From Octopus sinensis (Eukaryota), in NCBI RefSeq assembly GCF_006345805.1, contig NC_043001.1, positions 113,150,001 to 113,214,000 on the forward strand: 64,000 nucleotides of DNA, read 5' to 3'. The notes below the pieces were generated by a model. That model had not been told where the DNA came from, ran no database searches, and saw nothing but the letters and a program-made list of their open reading frames with translations. Shown piece after piece: positions 52,317-64,000 of the stretch. Every line of letters begins with the position of its first letter. Position 1 is the first letter of the stretch. The position numbers were made by a program, and so were the translations under genes.

Positions 52317-52740
52317 TTCTCTTTTTCTTTTCAATTTAGAATAAACTTTTATCTGGCCACCGCCTTGGTAGCAAGGTTGTGAAGGAAAGTATCTTGATTT
52401 AACAGTCATCCTTTCAATCTTAGGAAGGTCTTGCAGATTTTTATAGTACCAAATTATTTGTAGCGGATGAAATACGGATTTGCATTCTCTCCTTAAGATT
52501 CCAAGTTCAATCATACTTTGCTCCAGACAGGTTGGTATGTATCGTGTTGCTCCAATAATAATAGGTATGAAGCTGTAAGTGTATCTTGGGTACAGCATTT
52601 GCAAAAGCTCCTTATCAATGGGACATAGATGTCTTCTTTCTCTTGTTTTTCGAAACACATTCGTATCCAGAGGCAGCTCACTTCCACAAAAGAACATTTA
52701 ATCTTTGTGGTCCGACACGACAATATCTTTGCCGGTTGTT
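52317..52740 (-). mobile_element. 5'-truncated RLE-type (R4/Dong-like) LINE flanked by CATA repeats
   Basis: DIVV...SFVEVSC.LDTN...EDIYVPLIRS / LQMLYPRYTYSFIPIIIGAT...CKTFLR; (CATA)n upstream and CATACATACAT downstream on the element strand. Confidence 0.8.
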
Positions 52741-52837
52741 TATGTATGTATGTATGTATGTATGTATGTATGTATGTATGTTTGTATGTATGTATGTTTG
52801 TATGTATGTGTGTATAAATGTGTGAGTTTATGTGTGC

Positions 52838-52877
<40 letters not shown>

Positions 52878-52879
<2 letters not shown>

Positions 52880-53006
52880 AGAGTTTACGAAAAAAAAACA
52901 AAAGACGAAAACAGGTGGTGTACAAAACAAACAGATGTATTAGTATAACGCTCAGGAATAGAAAAAAGTCTTTTTCGTTTCGAGCCTACGCTGTTTTTAC
53001 AGAAAG
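52878..53006 (-). ncRNA. Hammerhead-bearing repeat, copy 3 (core decayed)
   Basis: Minus strand CTTT-CTGTAAA-AA-CAGC gtag GCTC-GAAA-CGAA-AAAG; body ends at (TA)n. Confidence 0.55.
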
Positions 53007-53049
53007 GGACACAGAAAAAACAAGGAGAGAAAAATGTGTATAGTGGCTA

Positions 53050-53210
53050 ACGATCTATCGGGTTTCCGTCATTCGACAATGAAGAAGCGGTTGCTAGATC
53101 AACTGAATTACCATGTAAGTGGCTGAATACTCGCACGGAGACGTGTACCTTTAACATAATTCACGGATAGATTTAGCGTGACCCACTATGTGATAACGCT
53201 GTACTTTTTA
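53050..53210 (-). mobile_element. Degenerate family C SINE tail
   Basis: ATGTAAGTGGCTGAATACTC...GTGTACCTTTAAC...AGCGTGAC. Confidence 0.6.
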
Positions 53211-53513
53211 CAATTCCATGTTGAATATTACAATATGAGGAAGACTGAGGGAAACTCGAGGCTGTTCTTTCGAGGAACATGCATAAAGTTTGTTGCTTAG
53301 TTCGTCATGCATTTAGTTTTCATTTCTGGTTTTTTTTTTTTTTTGGCCATAAGTAGGGAATGCGAGACATAAACCGTTTTAAGGAGAAATCAAGTGTTTG
53401 TCTTGCGCCTTAATTCTTGGCACCGAAATAAAGTAGAAAGAGAAAATTACGATTGAGTGGATCAGTAAAATTTCGTTTGACTATACAGACATACATAATA
53501 CATACATACATTC

Positions 53514-53595
<82 letters not shown>

Positions 53596-53896
53596 TTATA
53601 TATATATATATGTATGTATATATATGTGTACATATGTATGTATATATGTGTGAGTGTGCTTTTTTGTGAAATAAATAGTTTTTGGCGAGTCACCAAAAAA
53701 TTAATTGATTTGAAAAAATAAAAAAATAAATAAAAGTACAATATGGAAAAAAAAATAGAATGCCGAATATTTATATGGGTTTAAACTGGCAAGTCAGCCA
53801 AATATCCGTGCATATCACACTCAAGAAATGTACACACACACATACTAACACATACACATATACATATACTTATACATACACATTTACACACACATT

Positions 53897-53959
<63 letters not shown>

Positions 53960-53970
53960 ATGTATATATA

Positions 53971-54015
<45 letters not shown>

Positions 54016-54262
54016 ATTATATATATATATATATGTATATATACACACACACACATACACATTTACGTAGATAAAGCTGTATGATGTATATTAATTAAAC
54101 TCTGCATTTAGTTATTTTTTCTACAAGTGAGTCATAAATGTTTCAAAGAAAAATCAACATCTATCTGCTCATATATTGATGTGTGTGTGTGTGTGTGGAT
54201 GTATGAATGCGTGTGTGTGCGTGCAGGCGCGCGTGTGTATAAATGTATATATATATACGTAC

Positions 54263-54301
<39 letters not shown>

Positions 54302-54809
54302 CGTGTGTATATTATATATGTATATATACGCATAAATATACATATATACATGACTATATGTATACGTATATTTGTATATATACGCATAGAGGCATATGTA
54401 TGTTTACGTATGTACATAATAGAGTGCAAAGATTGCAAATATACATATATGCATATATATATATATATATATACATATGCATACACGCTTACATACACAT
54501 ATGCACGCACGCACACACACACACATAACACACAGCCACAACACACACCCACACACGCTTACTTGTAATATGTATACACAAGCATCCTCATTCATTAACA
54601 AGCTATGACCAATGGTTTATAGATGCACCTTTTCTGCCTCTTTGCAACTGCTAAAGTGTCTCCCTCAAAAACCGAACAACCATGCATTTACTCAGTTTAT
54701 TTATCCTTGCTGTATCTCAGTCCTCTCGTCCGGCATTCGGCACGAGCATCTCCCGCAACTATCTACATTATGATGAGCTTACTTTCAAAACGAAATATAT
54801 GCATCAGAA

Positions 54810-55041
54810 GGCGGCGAGGTGGCAGACTCGTTAGCGCGCCGGACGAAATGCTTAGCGGTGCTTCGTCTGTCGTTACGTTCTGAGTTCAAATTCCGTCGAG
54901 GTCGACTTTCCTTTTCAGCCTTTCGGGGTCGATAAATTAAGTACCAGTTACGCATTGGGGTCGATGTAATCGACTTAATCCCCCTGTCTGTCCTTGTTTG
55001 TCCCCTCTATGTTTAGTCCCTTGTGGGCAATAAAGAAATAT
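54810..55041 (+). mobile_element. SINE family B, full length
   Basis: 15-bp TSD ATATATGCATCAGAA at 54795-54809 and 55042-55056. Confidence 0.92.
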
Positions 55042-55319
55042 ATATATGCATCAGAATGACTTTTGAGTAATTGTTTAAAACAACCACCTGAATATATCTG
55101 ATTTTGATTGGGAGACTATGATTCGGCTACTGTCTATGTGGCATCTATCCCAGTTTGACTGAAAAAATGTTCACGTGCGAGAAGCCAGAAACTTGCATAT
55201 TGTGCTTTAATGGTTATCATGAAATCTACCAAATATGCACTTGTACCGGTTTCGAAATTAAGCTCCTCATTCAACTCCCCTCTTTAGCACAGGTTTTGTT
55301 GGAGCTCCTGGAATCTTGC

Positions 55320-56055
55320 ATACGTGGCGGGTTTGCTACCTGAATCCTACAGTACCATGCTATCGTTCTTTTCGGCTATCTAATACTTTGCTGGTTATTC
55401 TGGCCGTGCCAAGCAGGCAAACCTTTTGTAACAGTTCTACTGGGCACTCTGTTCTAATTTCCTTTATATTCCTGTTGATCCCTTCTGATACTGTTCCCAA
55501 GGACCCAATAATAATTGTCACTATCTTCACTTTCCTCATTTTCCATAGCCGATCTATTTCCTACTTAAGAAGGTTGTATTTATCTATCTTTTCGCCCTCC
55601 TTCTTGACTATTCTTCGGTCAAAGGGGCATGCAACATTAACAATATAGCACAAGTATCTCATCTTGTCGACCACCACTAGGTCCGATCTGTTATGCTCTA
55701 GCACCTGATCAATTTGGATTGGGAAATCCCTGAGGATTTTGCTTGTCTCTGACTCCTCCACTCTCTCCGCTGTGTGCTAATAACACGTCTTGCTTCTCTC
55801 TGGTTCCACTCTTTGCACTGTTTCCAATGTTGCACTTTCGCTACCTGATCGTGTTTCGACAACTCGGGAAAGTCTAGGGCATTCGCGCGTTATATGGACA
55901 ATGGTTTAATCCACTCTGTTTCAGACACGGCACAGAGGAGATACTTGCTCATTCCTAAGGTTGACCCTCCAGTTCATGGTGAAAGCTTGGTTTTACGCTG
56001 CCAATATAGTGCTCTCAGTTGGTCTTGCGCTGCCAGCATAGTGCTCTCGGTATTA
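55320..56055 (-). mobile_element. R4/Dong-clade LINE 3' part: decayed zinc knuckle plus restriction-like endonuclease
   Basis: MLAAQDQ...HDQVAK...ILRDFPIQIDQVLEHNRSDLVVVDK..CYIVNVACPFDRRIVKKEGEKIDKY..L...IIIGSLG...LQKVCLLGTARI. Confidence 0.85.
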
Positions 56056-56399
56056 TAGTAATAATAATAATAATTATTATTATTTTAAAAAGATTGACGC
56101 AACTCTTCACAAAGGAAAATAGACAATACAAAGAGCGCGATACGATTGCGATAGATATATTATTGGTTGGACGATATTTCGACAGCTAGTGATTCATAGC
56201 AATTCAAAATTATAGAAATTCAAATCCAAAATATAAACGAGGGCAACCAGCGTTCCCACGTTAATAGAATGGTATCATCAGTCTTCAGTTTCAAGCTTAT
56301 AGATGAAAGAAGAAAGGAGAAGAAAATGAAAAGAAAAAGAAAAGAAGAATATTCAATCAAACAGATTTGTGCAAATATGATGAAATTCTCCCGTCATTT

Positions 56400-57900
56400 T
56401 ATTCATTCCTTCGGGTGTGATGCTAATAACTCGCAAACATCTTTCTCCTCATGCATTTTGAGTAATGAAAGTGTGGCAGATTCAAAATATTTCCTGAGAA
56501 TATGCACTTTCAAGTCTTTTTTCAAAATTGTAGACGTTTGATGCAAAATGTTCAAGTTCTGCCGAATTACAGCTATTGTGCCTGACGTCATATATGTGAC
56601 CTTTGAATCTTTTGTTTAATTGTTCTGCTGTAGAACTAACATAAATACAAGTTGTGTTTCGTGCATTCTGCTGCGTACATCAGAAGGTACGTGGAGGTAA
56701 ATGTAGGATGACGTGGGCCTCTAGAAAACTTAACTTTTGTGTCAAAAAATTCAACGCTAGTTTTTGAAAAACTAGCCGTAAATTTTATGCTGAACTTAAA
56801 GCCATAATTTTTAGCATTGGAAGCACTCCGTCGGTTACGATGACGAGGGTTCCGGTTGATCCGATCAACGGAACAGCCTGCTCGTGAAATTAACGTGTAA
56901 GTGGCTGAGCACTCCACAGACACGTGTACCCTTAACGTAGTTCTCGGGGATATTCAGCGTGACACAGAGAGTGACAAGGCCGGCCCTTTGAAATACAGGT
57001 ACAACAGAAACAGGAAGTAAGAGTGAGAGAAAGTTGTGGTGAAAGAGTACAGCAAGGATCACCACCATCCCCTGCCGGAGCCGCGTGGAGCTTTAGGTGT
57101 TTTCGCTCAATAAACACTCACAACGCCCGGTCTGTGAATTGAAACCGCGATCCTATGACCGCGAGTCCGCTGCCCTAACCACTGGACCGTTGCGCCTCCA
57201 CAATTTTTAGCATAACAGTCACAGAAATGCAAGAAGGCAATTAAACTATTCTGTGATCCTTCCTAGACAAAAAAGACGCCATAAATGAACCGTCACCTGA
57301 GTATTTGTTCATGACAATGTAAGGATTTGAATGCTTTCAGTAACTGTTTCTCAAATTTAGTCATGAAGACAGCGAAATTAATTGCTATGAGGTTACCTAT
57401 GGCGCAACCTCTCGTCTGGTGGTAGCATTTTTGCCCAAACTTCATTGTGCTACTTTGTAACAGAAACCTCAATAGCCCACGGAGAAAATTAGATGGAATA
57501 CTTTTGGTTGACCGTTTCTCGAAGGCATTCATGGATGCGTCTACCCCTGCCTTCTTCGAGGTCAATATTGGGATATAAGAAAGAAACATTCTTGGTTACC
57601 AAAAAAAATAGTTTTCGACATGGTTTCAGTGCTTAAAAGAGTTGTTGATGTTAGACACAAATCAAAAGTATCCCGAATATAGGTACATGATCTTTTTGCG
57701 ACAGGAAGTAGAAAGCCATCCAGCTACTGGGAAATTTTGGCTGGACAACATTTATATCCGCTGCAAATTGGGCGCATAGGAGGAAATCTTTCGACCTTTT
57801 TGTGTATTTTGGGGACGCCATAATATACAGGTGTTCTTCTGACTGTAAAATCCTGGATTCGGCCTTATTAATTGCCAGCCTTATGCCTAAATTAGAGACC
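56400..57900 (-). pseudogene. Penelope-like reverse transcriptase relic split by a SINE
   Basis: PKIHKK..PPMRPICSG...YIRDT; FLRGLLRFLLQSSTMKFGQKCYHQTRGCAIG; SIKFTASFSKTSVEFFDTKV; stops and frameshifts. Confidence 0.88.
56818..57201 (-). mobile_element. SINE family C inserted in the PLE RT
   Basis: Perfect 12-bp TSD AATTTTTAGCAT at 56806-56817 and 57202-57213. Confidence 0.93.
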
Positions 57901-57932
57901 ATGAAATTGCACACATACACACACACACATAC

Positions 57933-58322
57933 TTTTATTCTTTTGTTTCAGTTATCTTGACAGCGGCCATGTCCGGAACACCGCCTTTAGTCGAATAAAT
58001 CGACCCCAAGACTTATTCTTTGTAAGTCTAGTACATATTCTATCGGTCACTTAGCCGAACTGCTAAATTACAGGGATGTTGACACCGACATTGGTTGTCA
58101 AGCGATGCTTGGGAGGTGGAGGGCAAACACACACACACAGAGACACGCACATACACATATATACATGACGGGCTTCTTTCAGTTTCCGTCTACCAAATTC
58201 AGTCACAAAGCTTTGCTCGGCTCGAGGCTATAGCAGAAGACACTTGCCCAAAGTGCCACGCAGTGGGACTGAACCCGGAACAATTTGGATGGTAAGCAAG
58301 CTACTTACCACACAGCCGCTCT
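57933..58322 (-). mobile_element. SINE family A, full length
   Basis: Reverse family A. Confidence 0.88.
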
Positions 58323-58689
58323 TGTGTGTGCATACACACTCACGCACACACATATATATCACACATTTATCTGTCTTCGCAAAAGCATAAAGCATGAGTA
58401 AATCTATAAACAATTCTTGTTTTTTTCAGATGAGACATTCAAAATTCGAAGTCGGAATGTTTCTCGAACACACAGCAACAAACTGCAAATAAAACGACAG
58501 TTTTTGTTTTATCTTAGAAAAAAAAAAATAAAGGAATACAATTTTCTTGAAGATAACCAATCTGAGATTAATTTTGGTATTTCGTGTTACCTTAAACTCC
58601 CTGCATCCTATCTGCATAGTTATTTATTTATTCGCTTCGATTTTTTTTCTGACAATAACCGCTAAGATAAAGCCAGGCTCACACAAGCT

Positions 58690-58750
<61 letters not shown>

Positions 58751-58942
58751 GAAAGACTAAATTACTTATCTATTCACGAACTCACTAACCTCAATGCTAT
58801 AAAAATAAATGTTAAAAATATAGAAAACAGTTTCTTCAATTCTTCATATCCAAGTAATAAAATGTCCAGCGGTTTTAATACACAGCAGTAGAGGAGTTTA
58901 GGGTGTTCTCAGGGAAGGGAATTATTTTTGAAAAATATACTT

Positions 58943-59001
<59 letters not shown>

Positions 59002-59271
59002 TATATATATATGTATATATATTAACTTGATATATTTTGTTCTTCACATATGATAGACACATATGCGTGTGTGTGTTCGTATGTGTGTGCGTATGTGTGT
59101 GTGTGGTCTGTGTGTGTTGTGACTTTGATGCCAAAATATAAGAGGATAGAATATATTTAAAGAATTCTTTCATATGCAATATCAGTAGGGTTTCTCAACT
59201 TTGCCTGTAAGACTTTCACACTGATAAATATAATCTATTATGGGAAAGAATAAATAAATGAATACACGCAC

Positions 59272-59320
<49 letters not shown>

Positions 59321-60147
59321 TTGTATATATGTATGTGTATATCGATATACACATACATGTGTGTGTGTTTATATATGTGTACAGAGGAACACTCTCTCAG
59401 ATGCGCTCACATACATATATTATGAACGAAAAATAAACATCGTACCAAGAGTAGCGGTTTAGTAAATAATATTGATTGCTGTTCTTGTTGTTGTTGCTAC
59501 TAATGTTGTTGATTAGCGCCATATCTATTTTGATTTAGGAAGCATATGAGCAGAGGCGTTCCAATCATGACCTTCACGTCTTTTCATATATCTCTGACTA
59601 GATTGTCGAAATAGGTTTACCTCTTTTTCAAGCTACAACTTGTATTTGAGATAATTTAGCTGTAATTTCTAGAGTGTGGAGCAACAAGGTAGAAAAAGCT
59701 CCCTGGGTTGCACACGTTGTAGAGCAAAATATTAATGAAACGAGAATAAAGTTAATAGCAGCCATATTAGCATTTCTTTTAACGTATATAAGCTATGAAT
59801 GGTTCTTGACATCAACCTTAAATGTACTGGCAGGAACGCATTCAACAGTCGGTATATATTTCAGATGAAAACGCACATATATACACACATACATACATAT
59901 ATATGTATGTATACACACATACACGCACACATATACACATACATACATACATACATACATACATACATACATGATTAGTGTAGAGTGTCGAAAATGATAT
60001 TTCCACCTTACATGTTTCAGCGGGTGAGTTATTTACAGCACTAAGTGATAAAGACATTCGAGGTTGAATATATACGGCCTTTTAAACATATATATACATA
60101 TAAACTTATATTAAGCTAATATATATATTAGCTTATATTCAGCTGAT

Positions 60148-60191
<44 letters not shown>

Positions 60192-60444
60192 GTAACAGAA
60201 AAGAGGAATTTCGGTTGTCCCCACCTGTGGATTGTGATGTATATAAGAAAAATGAAAACGGAAAATACGCACACTTACATGGTTATAGTATAATTTTTAA
60301 TGTATCGACCGGTTTCGCAATTGCTATTCATGATACAATGTTTAATTTATATGAAAATATATTTTTTCTTAAGAAGAAAATGGGTCCATGTTATTTATAA
60401 TGAGATTCACGTGTGAATGATTTTACTAGTTGACAAGTAAAGGG

Positions 60445-60563
60445 AGGTAATTGGTTGTTATTGTTATTGTTGTTGTTGGGATCAATGGGGTTGTTGGGAT
60501 CAATGGGATCAATGGGATCAATGGGTTATTGGGAACAATAACAATAATAACAACCAATTACCT
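60445..60563. repeat. Small hairpin element: ~30-bp inverted ends around GGGATCAAT tandem repeats
   Basis: AGGTAATTGGTTGTTATT... / ...AATAACAACCAATTACCT. Confidence 0.7.
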
Positions 60564-60999
60564 GAGGTTTATTGCCTTTTTATTTTTTTTTTAACTATGT
60601 TATGCTAATGAAATGATAACATTTTCAACGGTGAGTATATACTACGTGAAATAAAGGTTCGTTCAGCAAATTGATTTATACATTCACCTGAAGAGTCGAC
60701 ATTTTTCCAATATAGTTGGAATAATACTGATTCAATGCAATATTTCGTATGTTACAAAATATTATTACATAAATATTATTATATAAACATCTGGTAGTGC
60801 ATCAATGAACCGATATTAGAATTATGCAATAAGCCGAGTTGCCAACTCTATTCTCCTTGTCAATGTTTATAAATATCATGTGTGCGTGAAATACTCAATA
60901 TACACGTGTGTTTGAAAAATTTAACGACAAAAGTACTTACAAACAATACACACATACACACGTGCGCACGCATCCCCTCACAAATACACATATATATGC

Positions 61000-61060
<61 letters not shown>

Positions 61061-61246
61061 TATATATATATACCACCAAGTAAGTTAGGAGTTGTGGATA
61101 CAACCCACTAAGGGATAATACTTATCCAATATACTGTTGGTATTATACCCAAATTATTAATACACAAGTGTTTTTAATTACAATGCAATTAACTCATTTA
61201 TTGTATTAAATGGGTGGAGGTAAAGAAATATTTTACCATTCATTTA

Positions 61247-61375
61247 TATTACAAATAAGAAAATGAAGAAACAATTTAGTTGGTTTATCAGCTTTTGGAT
61301 ATTAGAATGTTGACTTGTTTATTTATAAAGCTGATAAACCAACTAAATTGTTTCTCCATTTTCTTATTTGTAATA
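61247..61375. mobile_element. Near-perfect 49-bp-arm hairpin, TA at both ends (young MITE-like)
   Basis: 61247-61295 versus 61327-61375, 1 mismatch, 31-nt loop. Confidence 0.8.
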
Positions 61376-61383
61376 ATTATATA

Positions 61384-61416
<33 letters not shown>

Positions 61417-61829
61417 ATATATATGAAAGACAAAAATGAAGCGAAATGTTTTCTGACGAACCGTTTCACGGATTGTTGATTCCCCCTCAGTGAAGGCGTA
61501 GCTAACTCGTATACACACACACACACACAGATATATATGTATGTATATTTATGTACGTGTGTGTGCATCTATACGTATCACCAATGACTGATGTTACTTC
61601 CCTATTACGGCTTCGCACCACAACTTCAACAGTGCAAGAAAACCCGGTGAATCATAGATGCTCTCTTCACACACTTTTTTTTTTCCTTTCGAGGTAAATT
61701 AAAAAAAAAAAATCTCCGCTTCCACTTATATTTCCCCCCCTCGCCACGCTTTTTAACTCCTAGAGATGACAATCTCATTTTCCGCTTACTTTTAGCAATG
61801 AGGCGAATTTAGCCACAAGTACGGCGAAA

Positions 61830-61906
61830 ATGGAGGGAAACCCCGCAGATTCTAAAGTGTCAGAACAATCCGCTCGAGACGACGTGTATCTAGCGGCAAG
61901 AGGATG
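61830..61906 (+). CDS. Speculative first coding exon MEGNPADSKVSEQSARDDVYLAARG
   Basis: AAAATGG start context, CpG-rich unique sequence, donor-like TG|GTAATT; no recognisable domain. Confidence 0.2.
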
Positions 61907-62186
61907 GTAATTAAACCCAAGAGGCTGTCCTTAGCTTACTTCCGCTGTTAAATAACAAGTCCCGTTTTTAATGTTTCGGAACCAATTGTGAAATATCCTC
62001 TCCTATGAATAAATGTCTTTGACATACACTACACAATTTCTTCAGCTTGTCTTTGTTAAAAATCCTTCATACGATTTTGTTCTTTTGGTACTCGTAAATA
62101 AATATCATTTTTGATTCGTTCTTCTAGAACCACCATATTATTGAAGGATTCGATAAAAAAGCAAAAGTAGAAATGCGATCATACAT

Positions 62187-62592
62187 AGGCGCAGGCGTGG
62201 CTGTGTGGTAAGAAGCTTACTAACCAACCACATGGTTCCGGGTTCAGTCCCGCTGCGTGGAAACTTGGCCAAGTGTCTTTTACTATAGCCTCAGGTGGAC
62301 CAAATTCTTCTGAGTGGATTTGGTAGACGGAAACTGAAAGAAGCTCGTCGCACACACACACACATATTCGTATGTTGTGTCTGTGTTTGTCTTCCTACCA
62401 TCACTTGACAACCGATGTTGGAGTGTTTACGTCCCCGTAACTTAGCAGTTCTGCAAAAGAAACCGATAGAGTAAGTACTAGGCGTAGTAAGAATAGATCC
62501 TGGGGTCGATTTGTTCGGCTAAAACTCCTTAACGTGGTGCTCCAGCATGGCTGCACTTAAATGGCTGAAATAAGTAAAATAATAAAAGAATA
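62187..62592 (+). mobile_element. SINE family A, full length
   Basis: AGGCGCAGGCGTGGCTGTGTGG ... GAAATAAGTAAAA. Confidence 0.9.
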
Positions 62593-63028
62593 ATAAACTA
62601 TAAAAAATAATTATGTTATTTATGTGTTCCTTCCTTTTTAAGAAAATAAAGCTAGATTTCTTAGTAGATTTGCTTGCTATTTCTAGCAGATTGTGAACTT
62701 AGTATGCAAGCTTAGTATAACAGAGATTTACTCTAACATGTGGTTTACTGTTTTACTGTTTTACACCCAAATTGACTTAACCAGCAACGTTTTGGCCATA
62801 AACACAATGCAACGACAGTACCAAGAGACGAACCTTCGAACTTTCGGTCCGTAAAGTTCAACACCTTATCGACACTTGGTGCACTGCAGTTATATTCGAT
62901 TAGTCAGTGATTGTATGTCAACAAGAGGTCAAACACTGTATTTACTTGATCGATAAGCTGTGTCCGTATATATTTGAATATATATCGAACAGTTGTTGAT
63001 CTGGGTGTTTTTATTGTGGTCTTGTTCA

Positions 63029-63072
<44 letters not shown>

Positions 63073-63144
63073 TTCATCATCATCATGGTTCTTCTTCTTC
63101 TTCTTGATCATTACGAGGTTCTCTCACCTAATAAATATATATTA

Positions 63145-63730
<586 letters not shown>

Positions 63731-64000
63731 CATATTATTCATCACTAGATCTTTATGATGGTTGAAGTTCGGTGCTGCCGCTGCTGGTGGTGTTTCATGA
63801 AAGCGACGGTGGAGATGAGAAAGATAGAAGTCGCTGGTGACTGAGAGATAATTACAGGCAAACAAGAATAGTAAAAACCAAGATGGCAGTATATAATTTA
63901 GAAACGGCGCTAAGCTTTTACAGGAAGAAAATTAGTGACCAGAAGGTCCGGAGGCGGGCCGAGCGGGGAGGAGGGAGGTCACGAGCGGGCATACCTAAAC

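Overview
AT-rich, microsatellite-saturated eukaryotic DNA. The SINE families and repeat landscape look like a coleoid cephalopod, probably Octopus (inference from recalled repeat sequences, not a database hit). No intact protein-coding gene can be supported: almost all ORFs in the track are translations of (TA)n, (CA)n, (CATA)n, (GATA)n and (CT)n repeats or of SINEs. The window is a dense record of transposon decay. It holds four tRNA-headed SINE families (labelled A-D here), several with clean TSDs. Tc1/mariner relics include an Hsmar1-like DD34D, a maT-like DD37D, a near full-length DD36E Tc1-like element and an irritans-like deletion derivative. There are also three Penelope-like (PLE) relics (RT, linker, GIY-YIG), R4/Dong-type RLE and RTE LINE ends, a canonical non-autonomous Helitron, a MULE remnant, many MITE/fold-back hairpins, a 330-bp tandem duplication and a 100-N gap. 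The most notable signals are: a dispersed ~130-bp repeat carrying a minimal hammerhead ribozyme with co-varying stems; a DD36E element in an apparently molluscan genome; (CATA)n-associated retroelements; a GIY-YIG relic bounded by ~100-bp inverted repeats; a MITE holding the SINE segment that its host SINE lacks; and a pre-miRNA-like hairpin.
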